Below, piece after piece: positions 14,560-26,450 of a DNA stretch of 64,000 bases (the stretch's first letter is position 1; every line of letters starts with the position of its first letter). The stretch lies in NCBI GenBank assembly GCA_964234715.1, contig OZ174280.1; one strand, written 5' to 3'. Below the pieces are notes generated by a model. The model was given only the letters and a program-made list of their open reading frames with translations. It was not told where the DNA came from and did no database searches. The translations under genes were made by a program, and so were the position numbers. This DNA comes from Podarcis melisellensis. Lineage: Eukaryota.

Positions 14560-16470
14560 GCAAATAGTGTTGGATTTCTAGGCCCTATTGACGAATTAAA
14601 AAATGACAAGTCCCTGGGTCTGGGTGGCATCCACATGAGAGTTCTTAAATAATTCAAAATATCTAACTTCTCCCTAAGATTAGACTGCATATCTGAGAAA
14701 TTGAAAGCGGCCAATGTAACACCAATTTTTAAACAGCGATTGGGGCGGGAGGAGGAATCCAGGAAGTTACAAGCCCTTTAGTTTGTTCTGGGAAAGCATT
14801 CTTAAAAAATAGAATTAGCAAGCATATTGAAGAGCAAGTATTGCTGAAGAAGAACCACCATAGCTTTTCCTAGAGTAAGTCCTGTCTCAGTGTCTCAATA
14901 ACCTTTTAGCATGTAAATAGAGGTAGACATTGTGTACTCCAGCTTTCAAAAAGCCTTTGACAGAGTACCAGACCAAAGACTCCCAAGTAAGTTCAGCAGG
15001 CATGGAATAAGAGCAAAGGTCTCTTATGGATCAGGAACTGTTTCAGAAACAGGGAACAGAAAGTTAGAATGGAGATCCCTTCCAATGGAGGAATGTTGGA
15101 AGTAGAATTTCTCAAGGATTGATGTTGGAGCCTTCTCCCTTTGACTTGCACAGAGTTCAAGGTGGCAAAGTTTGTTAATGATACCAAATCGTTCAGTGTG
15201 TTTAAAACAAAAAAAGGATTGTAAGGTGCTCCAGAAGGATCTCTCCAAATTGGGTGAGTGTGCATAAAATGGCAAATAGAATTCAATGTAAGGAAGTGTT
15301 AAGTGATGCACACTGAGGCAAAAATAAATAAATCGTGAATTGGTGGTGACTCACTAGAAATGAGATTTTGGGGTCACAGCGGATAACTTGATGAAGTTGT
15401 TGACCCAGTGAGCAGCAAGTGTGAAAAGTGCAGATTCCATGCTAGGGATCATTAGGAAAGGAATTTAAAATAAAACTGCTGATATCATAATGCTGTTATA
15501 CAAATCTATGGTGCAACTGCATTTGGAATACTGTGTACGCTTGTGGTTGACTCTCCTCAAAAAGGATATTGTGGAGTTCAAAAAGGTTCAGAAAGGGAAA
15601 GCCAAAATGATCAAGAGGTTTCAGCAACTCCCCCATGAGAAGTTTACAATACAAGTTGAGTGACAGGGACATGGTAGAGGTGTGTAAGATTATTCATAGT
15701 GTGGAGAAATTAGATAGGGAGTCATTCTTCTCCCACTTTCATAATAATTTGGGCCCATCCAATGAAGCTAAATGTTGGAGGATTCAGGACAGACATATAA
15801 AAGAAAGTACTTCTTCACACAGGTATATAATCAGCTGAAATAAAATTAACTAATTTATTATTAACTATGGCTATTTGCAGTTTAGTAGCTCTGCAGAGAG
15901 CTTGCTGGGGAGACCATGCATTAAAAAGGGACTCAAAAATAACTTAAACAAGGTTTTAATAACAAAAACAAAAACTCCTTATACACTAAATACATCAACA
16001 ACAAACCAGACCCAACCACCAACCCATCCCCCAGGGTAATGAGGGAGCTAGGTGCTGCTCCTTATATACTATGCCCAAATGCTGACACAGCTTAATTAAC
16101 ACAACCTAGTAGCACCTGCTAGGTTTCACAGCTGTAAGACTGGGTCTCGTTATTTGCCTTGGCTCTGGCCCTTAAAGACGTACACAACTTGTTAAGCAAT
16201 AATGAACCTTCACATTTTAAAGTGACCATTCAACAATCTACACCACCAAAATGTAGTTGTAATTACCACTGTGGGTGGCTTTAAAAAGAGGATTAGGAAT
16301 AAATTTATCAGTGGCTACTAGTGCCTTGATGTCTATGTACTATCTCTGTAGTATTGAGGTTACTGGGAATCATCAGTGGAAAGGGTGCTGTTGCTTTCAG
16401 GTCTTGCTTCTGAACTTCCAATAGGCATCTGTTTGGCCACTGTAGACAGTTTCTGAGCCAGCAGGGTTCT
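14560..16470 (+). mobile_element. Degraded CR1 LINE (ORF2 RT region and 3' UTR), interrupted at about 15836-16235
   Basis: Decayed motifs corresponding to KSPGPDGIHPRVLKEL (about 14610), VDIVYLDFQKAFD (about 14922), VAKFADDTK (about 15162) and WQM.FNV.KCKVMH (about 15270). Many stops and indels. Confidence 0.85.
15836..16235 (-). mobile_element. Probable solo LTR (about 400 bp) nested in the CR1
   Basis: TG...CA termini. On the minus strand a TATATAA box (16062-16068) precedes ATTAAA (15955-15960). CR1 homology resumes on both sides. No clean TSD. Confidence 0.5.
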
Positions 16471-18052
16471 TCTAATGTATGCCACTTACCCCTATAAGCA
16501 TGCCTTAAAGTGACTCACAGCAAAACAGCAAAAACATATGAATACGTCACTACACTAAATAGTCCAAAACCAATTCATTACAAAATATAACAAAATTTGA
16601 ATAAACAATTCATTTCGATAAAACAAACTTTATAATGTTTATATAAGTCATTAAATCTTATCAGTTGATATTATTTATATTAAATAGGTAAGCCAAAGCC
16701 AGATATGAGAAAGCCTTCCAGTATAATCATGCATTAACAAATAATATAACCAGTGCTATGTGCAATAAATGGCAAGCATATTTTATAGAACCTGCAGCAG
16801 ATAATCTCTCACATGCCCCACTCTCATATTCTGATTAACTTTCTTACTTATGAAAAAAGAAAACAAGTATTTAAAGGTTATAGTCATATTTCCTACATTT
16901 ACTGTGGAAGAAAACTAATGCCAAGTCTAGACAGTGGCTTGCAGCTCCTCCTCGCTATTGATTGTACCGAGGCTGGACAGGGCAATTTGTGGGCTTTTCC
17001 TCCAGGTGCAACTAAAAGTGGCATCCCAAAATGAAGTAAATAGTAATAAATGTTTGATCATAAAAACTAAACTGTGCCTTTACATGATACAATCTAAGAG
17101 AGGCAGTTGAACTTACTTGTGTAAGATTCAGGCTGTGACATTCAATCTGAGTTTGTTTAAAGATGAACAAGATTAAAAAGCAGTCAAAATGTGTTAGGTT
17201 TTTACCTCAAGTGTTTAGGACATTGCTTTCAAAATGGAACATAGCCATAGAATGATTATGTCAGAGGCCTAGTTTCCCACTTCATCACTTGCTCCCGAAG
17301 CAAAGGAAGACAGATCTGCAACATACGAGGTTTGGCAACACAGTTCCTCTAATGCTCCTGGCTGATGAGTGATGTAAAGATTTGCTGTTGTTAATTGTTT
17401 TTCTTTCTATCACACCCCTCCTGCACTTGCTGCTCAAGGTACTATTAAATAAAATAATGTTGTAAAATAAAGTAAGGGCATATTAAACATTGACTTATGT
17501 AGAGTGGAGGAAGGCATGGCAGTGAAGATGTAGGCTAAGGAGACGCATTTACACTTTGCTGAAAAATTTGTGTAAAAATGAGAGGAAGTACACAAGCCAA
17601 AGCTGAAATGGGAGGCGAGATTGTATCATTGGCAAGGTTATGATTAAAAGATACTCCTACAGTACCAGATCAAGAAAGTGGCCAGCAAAGTTGCTCTTGC
17701 TGCTTGGGCCAGGCATTAATAGAAAATGTGTCTGGTCATAAATTAAAAGTAGGAATGAAATGGATTTAGTGTGGGCAGAGTCATTCATTCCTTAAATGTA
17801 TTTATGTGACTGCCATTCTGCCAAGGCACCCAAAATGGTTTATAATTTTGAAATACTAAAGCAACCAAATACTACAAAATTTTGAACAACAGAATTCTCT
17901 CAGTAAAGCCAACCCTGGGAATGTTACTAGGAGGCATTGTAGGATGGAAGGCATTTTATACACATTGGTGGGATCTGCATTACTTAACACCCAGAGCATC
18001 CAGTATAAGGAACAGCAGAAGTGTAGAAAGGTTTTAGAATTAGGGTGGCTTG

Positions 18053-18139
18053 GGCTGCAGTCCTAACTAACTTTCCTGGAAGAAAGCCCCATTGACTCTA
18101 GTCAGACTTACTTTTGAGTAGACATGGTTAGGATTGAGC
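18053..18139. repeat. Short imperfect-palindrome interspersed element (related copy at about 31556-31637)
   Basis: Both loci share ggctgca.tcct...ccca.tga.t....tg.ga.tt.ctt.tgagta. Confidence 0.5.
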
Positions 18140-18406
18140 TTTTACTCAGAGTAGCACTCGCGTACCAACATTCTTTTCAAATATTATTGGCCTAGTTACC
18201 TCGTTGGGAAAGTCAGATCCTCAGGTCTGCTATATCTGTAGTTCTGCATTCAAGGCTATGCAAAGTGCCATATACCTCAAATTGGTTTGGATTTGGTTTA
18301 AATGGTCATTCAGACCTGAATGTTTCTAATGTAGATTATCAACGATATGGACAAGCCTTTTGGTCACATTCAAAGCTCCTTTATGCTAGAAAGTGAGCAA
18401 ATGAAG

Positions 18407-18445
18407 ATCATAGAATCATAGAGTTGGAAGAGACCACAAGGGCCA
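18407..18445 (-). mobile_element. Extremely 5'-truncated young CR1 (39 bp of the 3' end)
   Basis: Exact reverse complement of the 3' end of the CR1 at 59101-59705 (tggcccttgtggtctcttccaactctatgattctatgat). Confidence 0.8.
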
Positions 18446-20657
18446 GATGTCATTCCTTAACTATAATTTCCTATTTTCATCCAAACCAGGAAATTTTGGT
18501 TAACATCTTCAGAACAAACCAAGATATTAAACAGTTTTTCAAAGTTTAATTAACTGGTAACCATGGTTTCCTAGTTCAGATGAAATGGGAAACTATCGTT
18601 AATGGAAGACATCGTGGTTTGTTTTGCTTGAAGTGAGGAATGAAAGGACTGTATGCACAGCCAAATTCCTGCTCTTGTCTCTGCTTACTAAGGGTGCTTC
18701 CAGACAGAGGTTTATTGTGGAATTGCTGCTGAACCATGCAATTTTTTGTTGCAATCTCCACATGAAGTTGTTGTCACCAAAATGCCAAGCAATATATATA
18801 TATATATATTTAAATTAAATTTCCATACCCCTTACTGCGAAAAATAGATAAATAAAAATAACTTGTTATAAACCTAAAGTCACTGCGGGAGTGGAAGCCA
18901 GTTAGTGCATTAGCACTTTTTTGTGTGGTGATGGTGGCAGTTTGTCACATGTGGTGACATTTCAGTGGGTGGCCCCTAATGCGACGGTCTGCACACAGGT
19001 ACAGAAATACCTGCATACATGCACAGAGCAGAAGGCAATGGAGGGTGGTGGTGGAGTGTTGGACCGGAGGGACAACAAAACCATCTTCATATACACTCTG
19101 TTGAGGTCCTCTAATGTGGACAGCAACTGCAGAATAGCAATGATATCCATGACTGGGAGAGAGGTGGGGAACAGAAATATGTGGAAGCTAACATGCCAAA
19201 TGTGCACACTGAAATATCTGATCTGAGCATTATGTTTGCAATATAAGCCCCGTCCTGGAAGCACCCTAAGGCAGCACAATAATAAGTGTCATTAATTATT
19301 TAGGTTGGGTGGATGTCTTATAAGAACACTGGAAGCTGCATGCAGAGTCAGTCCATTGGTGCATTTAGCTGAATATAGTCTAAAATGACTAGCAGTTGGT
19401 CTCCAGGTTTCAAGCAGGAGTCTGGAGATGCCAAGAATTGGATAAACTGGCAGCTTCTGCATTCTTGTTCATGCTGAAAACATACTCCATTAGAATTAAA
19501 ACTTAGGATGTTGTCCAAATTTTTATTTTGTAGCATATGACTTACATCTTCATTTGGTGATCCTGACCACTATCATGGGAGTTCTGAATAATTTTTATTT
19601 TATGTCTTTTATTGCCATATTCTCTAACATATATTAGTGCATACTAAACCTCCAAAGAGATCTTGTTTCATTGCTTCAGAGCCACTATACAGCTCTGGCA
19701 AGGGCTATCTTACACTAAGATCTGGAGATTGGGTTTTAATAACATACCAGCTAAACTTTAGGAAATCCATTTTGAGTGTGTGTTGGGATTCCTTAGCTTT
19801 GCATCCATACAGAATTTTCAGTGACTAGGTGGATACAGAACAGCTCCAGATGATCTGTTTGGCAGCAACATAAAACAGAAGCTGCTTCAGTTAGCCAGGA
19901 ATCATTTCTGGACTCTGTTGTAAGAGATGCTTCTTGTCTCTTAGAGTGGGGGAAGGATAATGTAGATTACAGTGATAATTTGGAGATGGTTCGGGGGCAA
20001 GTAAGCACTCAGCAAATTTTTCTTTGGGGCATGAACCAATAACCCTCTTCTTCCTGTCAGTACAGCTTGTGAGCCATACAAGCTTCCGTGATGAGAATGG
20101 TTCTGTCAAGGGGGATGGAATGGTAGTTAGAAAAGCAGATAAATAGGCAGCAGATTTATTATGGTAGAGATTACCCGCAACTTCAGCAAACAGCATTAGC
20201 CTTCCTGATGCTTCACTCATCTGTGGACAAAAGCATCAGCAAGTATAAACCAGCCATAAAGCGAAAATGGAGTAATGTCATCTCGGCTGTGGAGAATGCT
20301 AAACGAAGCAGCTGGAACTGCTTCCTCTGATTAAAAGCTAGGGCTACTGCCTGAAGGAACATACACTAGGAGAGTGGGAGGGAAAGCGATAACAAGTGTA
20401 AATATTTTAATTACTCTTTAAGAGGCAAGTTAAACATGCTTAAAATCTGCCTTCTTTGTATTTACAGAAATCTTTGAGTGTCTTTCTTTGTTTCCCATTG
20501 GGTGATCAGTGCTGTGGATAATGGAATGTGGGGAGCGGTTAATCTCAGATACACAGCACTCATATGCTTACTGGTATTTATTGATCAATACACGGAACAT
20601 GATTTGACGCTCTGTGTCCTGTTTAACCCTCTCTTTCTATCTGTTTAAACTCCCCAG

Positions 20658-20666
20658 TTTTCTTTG
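20658..20666 (+). CDS. PTPRF: Candidate 9-nt microexon (meA3 position), adds V-F-F to Ig2
   Basis: tttaaactccccag|TTTTCTTTG|gtaagt. It has a pyrimidine tract, a perfect donor and phase 1-1, and lies upstream of meA6 where meA3 sits in PTPRD/PTPRS. TGCATG at 20742 and ACTAAC at 20763 lie downstream. Confidence 0.7.
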
Positions 20667-21730
20667 GTAAGTGCTTGGTGTTCAGATGTGCAAAATCTGC
20701 ATCAAACCAACACATACCATGAACTGCCTACAAATTAGATCTGCATGAATCTCCCTCACCTTACTAACAGCCTTCATTTGCACAAAATAAGACCAAGGGG
20801 ACAAAACTGGGGATCAGAGGAGTTTTCTGTCAGTTTACATACACGGGTCTCCCTCTGCACATCTGGACCATGCTAACAATAAAGCCCATGACTGAGCAAA
20901 CTGCACTTTTGCTTGACGTTTTGGAGCAGTTAGCTTTGTAACCAAGCCTTCCTTATAAGATGCACTCATAGCATGTGAACTTATTTTCTGCTCCCTTATA
21001 AGGAGGGTTGGAATCCCTTTCCTCTGCCTACTGTATAAATTATGCAGAGCGAGTCTGGTGCTCCATTGGTCCAAATAAAAACTAGAAGAAAGTGCTTTAG
21101 ATTTTTATTTGAAAAATCTGTTGTGTAGAATACCAATTTCTGGCCAGGGGGAACCTGGTGTAGGTTTTATTAAAGTTACCCCTGAATTCATCACTCAGTT
21201 TTTAAGTTTCAATTACATAATCAGATTTTGTCCCCAACGGTCCATGTAATCTTAAACCAAGAATGTGTGTCTCACCAACACCATATGCTTAATTTTTCTC
21301 CCCACACACACTCTCTCACAACACTCACTCTGGTACTCCCACAGCCCCACCTTCTGGCAGAATAAAAGGGCGCAGCACCCATATCCCAGTGGCTTCTCCA
21401 TCTCAGTTGTGACAATGAATGCTAGTGGTTTTGCTTAGGAGTCAGAGCCCTCCTTTGTGTAGGACCAGCAATATATTAATTGGGTAAAATGGGGCCAGAC
21501 TCTGTGTTCTTGGTAGCAGAGAGCTTTACTAACCACCTGAGGGCATCACTCTGACTTGTTACTGCGCATCCTTTATTTATTTTTATTTATTTATTTTTGT
21601 TTGTTCCTGTTGCGCTAATACAGATTCTAGCTTTGAAAAACTTTCTACTTTTTTATTTATAATTTTCTTCCTTTCCTCTTTGTACTAACGCTTCTCTCTA
21701 ATCTTATTTGCATTCAAATTACCTCACCAG

Positions 21731-21748
21731 GTGGTACACCAATCAGAG
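21731..21748 (+). CDS. PTPRF: 18-nt microexon meA6, adds GGTPIR to Ig2
   Basis: cctcaccag|GTGGTACACCAATCAGAG|gtaaga. The peptide matches the LAR-RPTP mini-exon A6. Consensus branch point TACTAAC at 21683-21689 and UGC at 21709. Confidence 0.95.
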
Positions 21749-22297
21749 GTAAGAATGCTGAACTGTGCCTCTAATTGTCATGTCACTCCATATCCTTTCT
21801 GCCATGCCCGTCTCCAACAGTATATCATCTCCAGCTATTCTTTCACTCCAAACTCTTGTCAGCTCACTTGCGCATCTGCCGTTCCTTCCTGTGTGTGCTT
21901 GTTTTTGTTTATTTTTAGTGTGGCGCCTTGTAGAATCATCCATCGCAGGTGTGCACAGGTCAAAGGGGGTTATTCAACGGGAGGTTTTCAGAGGGAGAAC
22001 GCTATCCCCATTCATGCCACAGAGGGCTCTGAGGTCTTGAATCTTTCAGATTCAGTCACCCTCTGGGGCACCACGTCCTGGCAGGTCTGAAATAGCTGCT
22101 GTGGCATGTTTTGAAGGATGTAACACTTTCACAAGAGAACAGTGAAGCCCTTCCTTCTGCATTATTGCTGACAGGAATTGAACTAATACAAAGGAAATAA
22201 ATTCTTAAAATGCCAGGCAAATCTAACTTGAGGAATAAGACTGGAGGACTTTCTTTGAGAGCTGAAGGTGCACCTTTTCATAAATTTAATAAATAAC

Positions 22298-22300
<3 letters not shown>

Positions 22301-22352
<52 letters not shown>
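22301..22352. repeat. (TAT)n microsatellite
   Basis: Read directly from the sequence. Confidence 0.95.
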
Positions 22353-25300
22353 TTGCTGGCCCTTCTCTGATATGAAGGTGAAGGGAGGAGATCTAAGATG
22401 CCAGCTCCACCCCTTCTGAAGCCTGACAAGAATTCATGGTGCACTGTAGCATAAAGATTTGTTGTGAGTAAATGAATCAGACACACATCTGGCTGCATTA
22501 AGTCTTCAGTTGTTCAATCCACCTCCAGTCTGACAGCTCTGCATTCCCAGACCTTGCTAGTTTCACTGCCTATATGTGCTAGTAACATTTCTAGCCTATA
22601 CACTCAAAGTAGTCCCATGAATTAATTTTAAGGTTGTAATCAGTACTATATAGTATGACTCTGATCTCTTGTGATTTCAGTTACTGCTGTTGACTGACCC
22701 CTGAATTTCCTGATAAACTTTTTAGCACCACTAAATTACACTATCTCATTTGTCCAATGCTTCCCTTCTTTCCTCCCCCTTCTCTCTCCACTGAATCACT
22801 GCTGGAAGTTAATAATCCAAGTCTTTGGAACTGATTCTGTTGCTGGGGGTTAATGTTTTCAGTTCTTGTTAAGTGATTTTGGAGCAAATGGGGGTTGCTG
22901 TTTCAAGTGTATTTGCATCAAGTTGCTTCTGTGAAAAATCTGGGTCAGGGGAAAAACTGTAAACCTCATTTTGATATGAATGGGTTTCTCTGTCATCTTC
23001 TCTCTGGAATGCTGCAAGATTGACAGCTGTGATGCCACACATTTTTAAAACCTTTTCTCTGCTTCTATCACAACTCTGAAAGCAAAATGACAGACTGAAT
23101 GCTAAGTAACCAAACAAGCCCTATCGTTGCCCATATCAGGTTGGGCCTTTCCCAGCACACAACTGCTATGTATTTCTTCTGTATCAACAAGTGAGGGCAT
23201 TAATGACTCAGCACCAGAACCGCCTGGATGTTCCGTACATCCTTTTTGAGGAAAGTGGACATATCTTTATAATGAGAATCATCCATCTCATAAAACATAA
23301 ATCTCCCTATCTGAGTCCTAATGAGGTATTTTAAGAATGTGTCTGACATTATTTAAAATGTATGTGTCCCGTTTGAATGTCAAAGATGACATTTCTGTAC
23401 GTGCCAAAAAGCCACCTCTTAGCATCTCATACAGGATTTGTCTCAGACTTACACCTTTTGTTAAACACACAGGCTATTGAGTCTCTAAAGATTACCAGAT
23501 GTGGTAGGTGAAGGCACTTTTGTGAAAGGGAGGTTATACTCACATAGTGGTCTGTACTGTGGTTCTCACTAAGGTAAGTTTGTTGCACTTCTGGGATCAA
23601 TTTGATGTGGAAATAAAACTAAATTATTTTTTTGTTTGCACAGCTAGTTGGATGTAAAATTTTCAGTGGTTCATGTTGAGAGGTGGATTCTATGTTAATG
23701 CATTGAAGGGCCAATCATACTTTCTGCCTATTGAATGGAAGTGTTATGGAAGACAGGCCGGAGAAGCAGGATAAAATTTTATTTCTGAAACTAACCTTTC
23801 CTTTGGGCCCTGCAGCCGCAGTTCTACTCTTGCTGTCCAGAGGTGCTGTCATTTTTCTAACTGAGAGCTCTGTGTTCACAAGGCATGTTGTCACTTTTAA
23901 CATTCCCCCTTTGCCTTTCAGGTGAGACCCAGGCTGAAAGGTCAGGGTGAGTTTTGATAGACTGTTCAGAGATGCATGGGTCTAGTTGGTGACTGGCAGG
24001 TTAGACAAGAGGATGGATGAATGGATGTGTATTTTGAAGGATGGCTAGTAAGCAAAAATAAAAGCTGCTTTAGGGGAAGTGACTTGACACATGTCCCCTT
24101 TCTCAAAGTTCAAATCAAGTTTTCTATGTTGTTATAGAATGCAATTAAATATTATGAGAAATATTTCTCCTGGAAGCAGAAAATGCTGGCATGTCATGGA
24201 CCTCTGATGCTTCAGATTTTGCCATTGCAGGTACATGAGAAGCAGTGGAAGTGTTAAAGGGAAGACAGCATTTTAAATGGTCCTTTTCTTCACAAAATAA
24301 ATTGGAATCAATTGGAAAGCGTTCGTACCCGTTGACTGGATAGACTTTCCTCCAGTGTGAGTTTCACCACTGCAAAGCAGAAGGACAATTACTTTGAAAC
24401 AGAAAGATCTGATAATTGGCAGAGAAGGGCTGAGAAACTTTTTATCTAATACTTTTACTATTGCCAAAATTTCACGCTGTTTTGCCCTTAGCACCCTCTT
24501 TGGCAGCTGCTTTGCTTCTCTTGGGATCTGCATATCTCAATCTCTCTTTTTCTGTATCTGGAGTACAAGAGGAGTACAAGAGGAAAGTGCATGAATGCCA
24601 GATGCATGATACACAAAAGGAAGGGGAATCAGTGATTGAGCTGTATTCCTGCATTTGCCCTTGTGTGCCGCTCAGTTTCATAGCTCTCCGTCAGTGACTG
24701 CCTCACTTGTATATATCACAGAAACCCAGCTTCATTCCAGGTCCCAGCCATGCCAATCATCATGCTCAGGAAGAAGAGGCACAGCTGAACAGGAACATAA
24801 TGAGCATCAGTAATAACATCACTGTGGTAGTTTTGTTTTTATTTATTTAGCTTATTTGGCCGTAAAAAATAAATAAATTTGAGATGGGGGCATTTGGCTG
24901 CCATTCCAGGTAGCACCTAGGATTATTAGAGCTGAAAATCTAAGCGGCATGTTAAGTAGAGTATTGATATATAAATCATGATCCAGAAAATTTTGTGCAC
25001 CATTTTACTCTACTGACAACTGCAGAGCTGCAAGAATCCAGTGTGAGATTGTGAAAGTAGACTTTTGCCTTCCTCGTCAAATCCTCAAATTTATATAAAC
25101 ATAAATTTAACTGAACACAAGTGAAGCTTCTGAGTAAACATTCATAGGATTGCTCTGTTAATGAGACAGTCAACATTTTTCATTAACTTTGCTGGCAAAG
25201 CAAGGCAGATCCTGCCAAAACCAGAACACTTCTATGTTCCATAGATTAGACCTACCTGCAGAAATGTAAGGTGAGAAGGTATCTGTGGATTTATTTATTT

Positions 25301-25899
25301 TAGCCATCTCTGCCCATGCTTATGAAGCCCACCAACCCCCACTACCTATTTTCACTTTCAATTACAAGTCAGTAGAGAGTAGCCTTCCCCAATTCCCATC
25401 AGCCCCAGCAAGCATAGCCAATGGTGAGGAATGATGAGAATTCTAGTACAAAACATTTTGGGGTTGGGGAAGGTGATATAAAGCATATGCATGTGCCTCA
25501 CAAGTAGAGAGGAGCAATGTAAGGAAACGCACATAAATAATGTTTGGAAATATCCAGGGTCAAGGAACAGGAGGCTAGCAGTTTGAATCCCCTTTCTTGG
25601 GGGTTCCCTCTGCCTCCTGTCAGTCATGAAGCAGGTCATCATTGCTTGCTGTTACTATATTTTAATACTCGCTTTTGTTATATTTGAAGGCAGTGATGGA
25701 CTGGTTGTGGGCCAACAAATTAAAAATGAATCCTGAAAATCCAGGAGCTGGGAGGGCAGCCTCTTCTGAGCAGGGTTGCAATCCCCTGGAAGAAGCAGGT
25801 TCATAGCTTGAGGGTGTTGTCCAGCATTGTCACTTGAGGTGGCTAATTTCCTGCTATGGCTTGGTTTGCCAGCCACAACCCCTTGTGGACAGAGGTGAC

Positions 25900-26450
25900 T
25901 TCGTCACAGTGCTGCATGCTCTGGTAACTTCCAGATTGGACTACTCTTCATGAAGATGACTTGGAAACTTCAACTGGTTCAAAATTCAATGGTCAGATCG
26001 CTTGCTGGTTTTGCCTTTAGCACTTATGCAACTCATGTTCTAAAACAGCTACATTTTTCTGCCAATTCAAGGTGCTCATGCTAGTTTTTAAAGCTCTAAA
26101 TTATTTAAGCCCCAAATATCTGAGACACTGCTGCCTTCTCTACAGACCCTCTCAGATATTAAGATCAGCAGAGGGACCCTTTGGGTGGCTCTGCCACCCT
26201 CAGAAATTCAAGGTGATGGCTCAGGAGAGGACATTCTTTGCAGCAGCTTATGAATAGTGGCACCTTTGCTATATAGCCTTTGTCAGTTGCTGAAGACACA
26301 CCTTTTTATCCTGGTGTTTTTGGTGTTTTCAGATGTGTGTTTTCAGGACCCACCTGAAATTAGTTTTAACTGTTTTTAATACTGAATTTAAATCATAGTA
26401 ACCAGCCCTGGCACCTGCTGATGAAGGGTGGGTAATAAATTTAATAACAG
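25900..26450 (+). mobile_element. Old L2 3' fragment
   Basis: Decayed HALVTSRLDY and LVFKALN.L.PKYL motifs, and an L2-like end gaagggtgggtaataaat. Confidence 0.7.
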
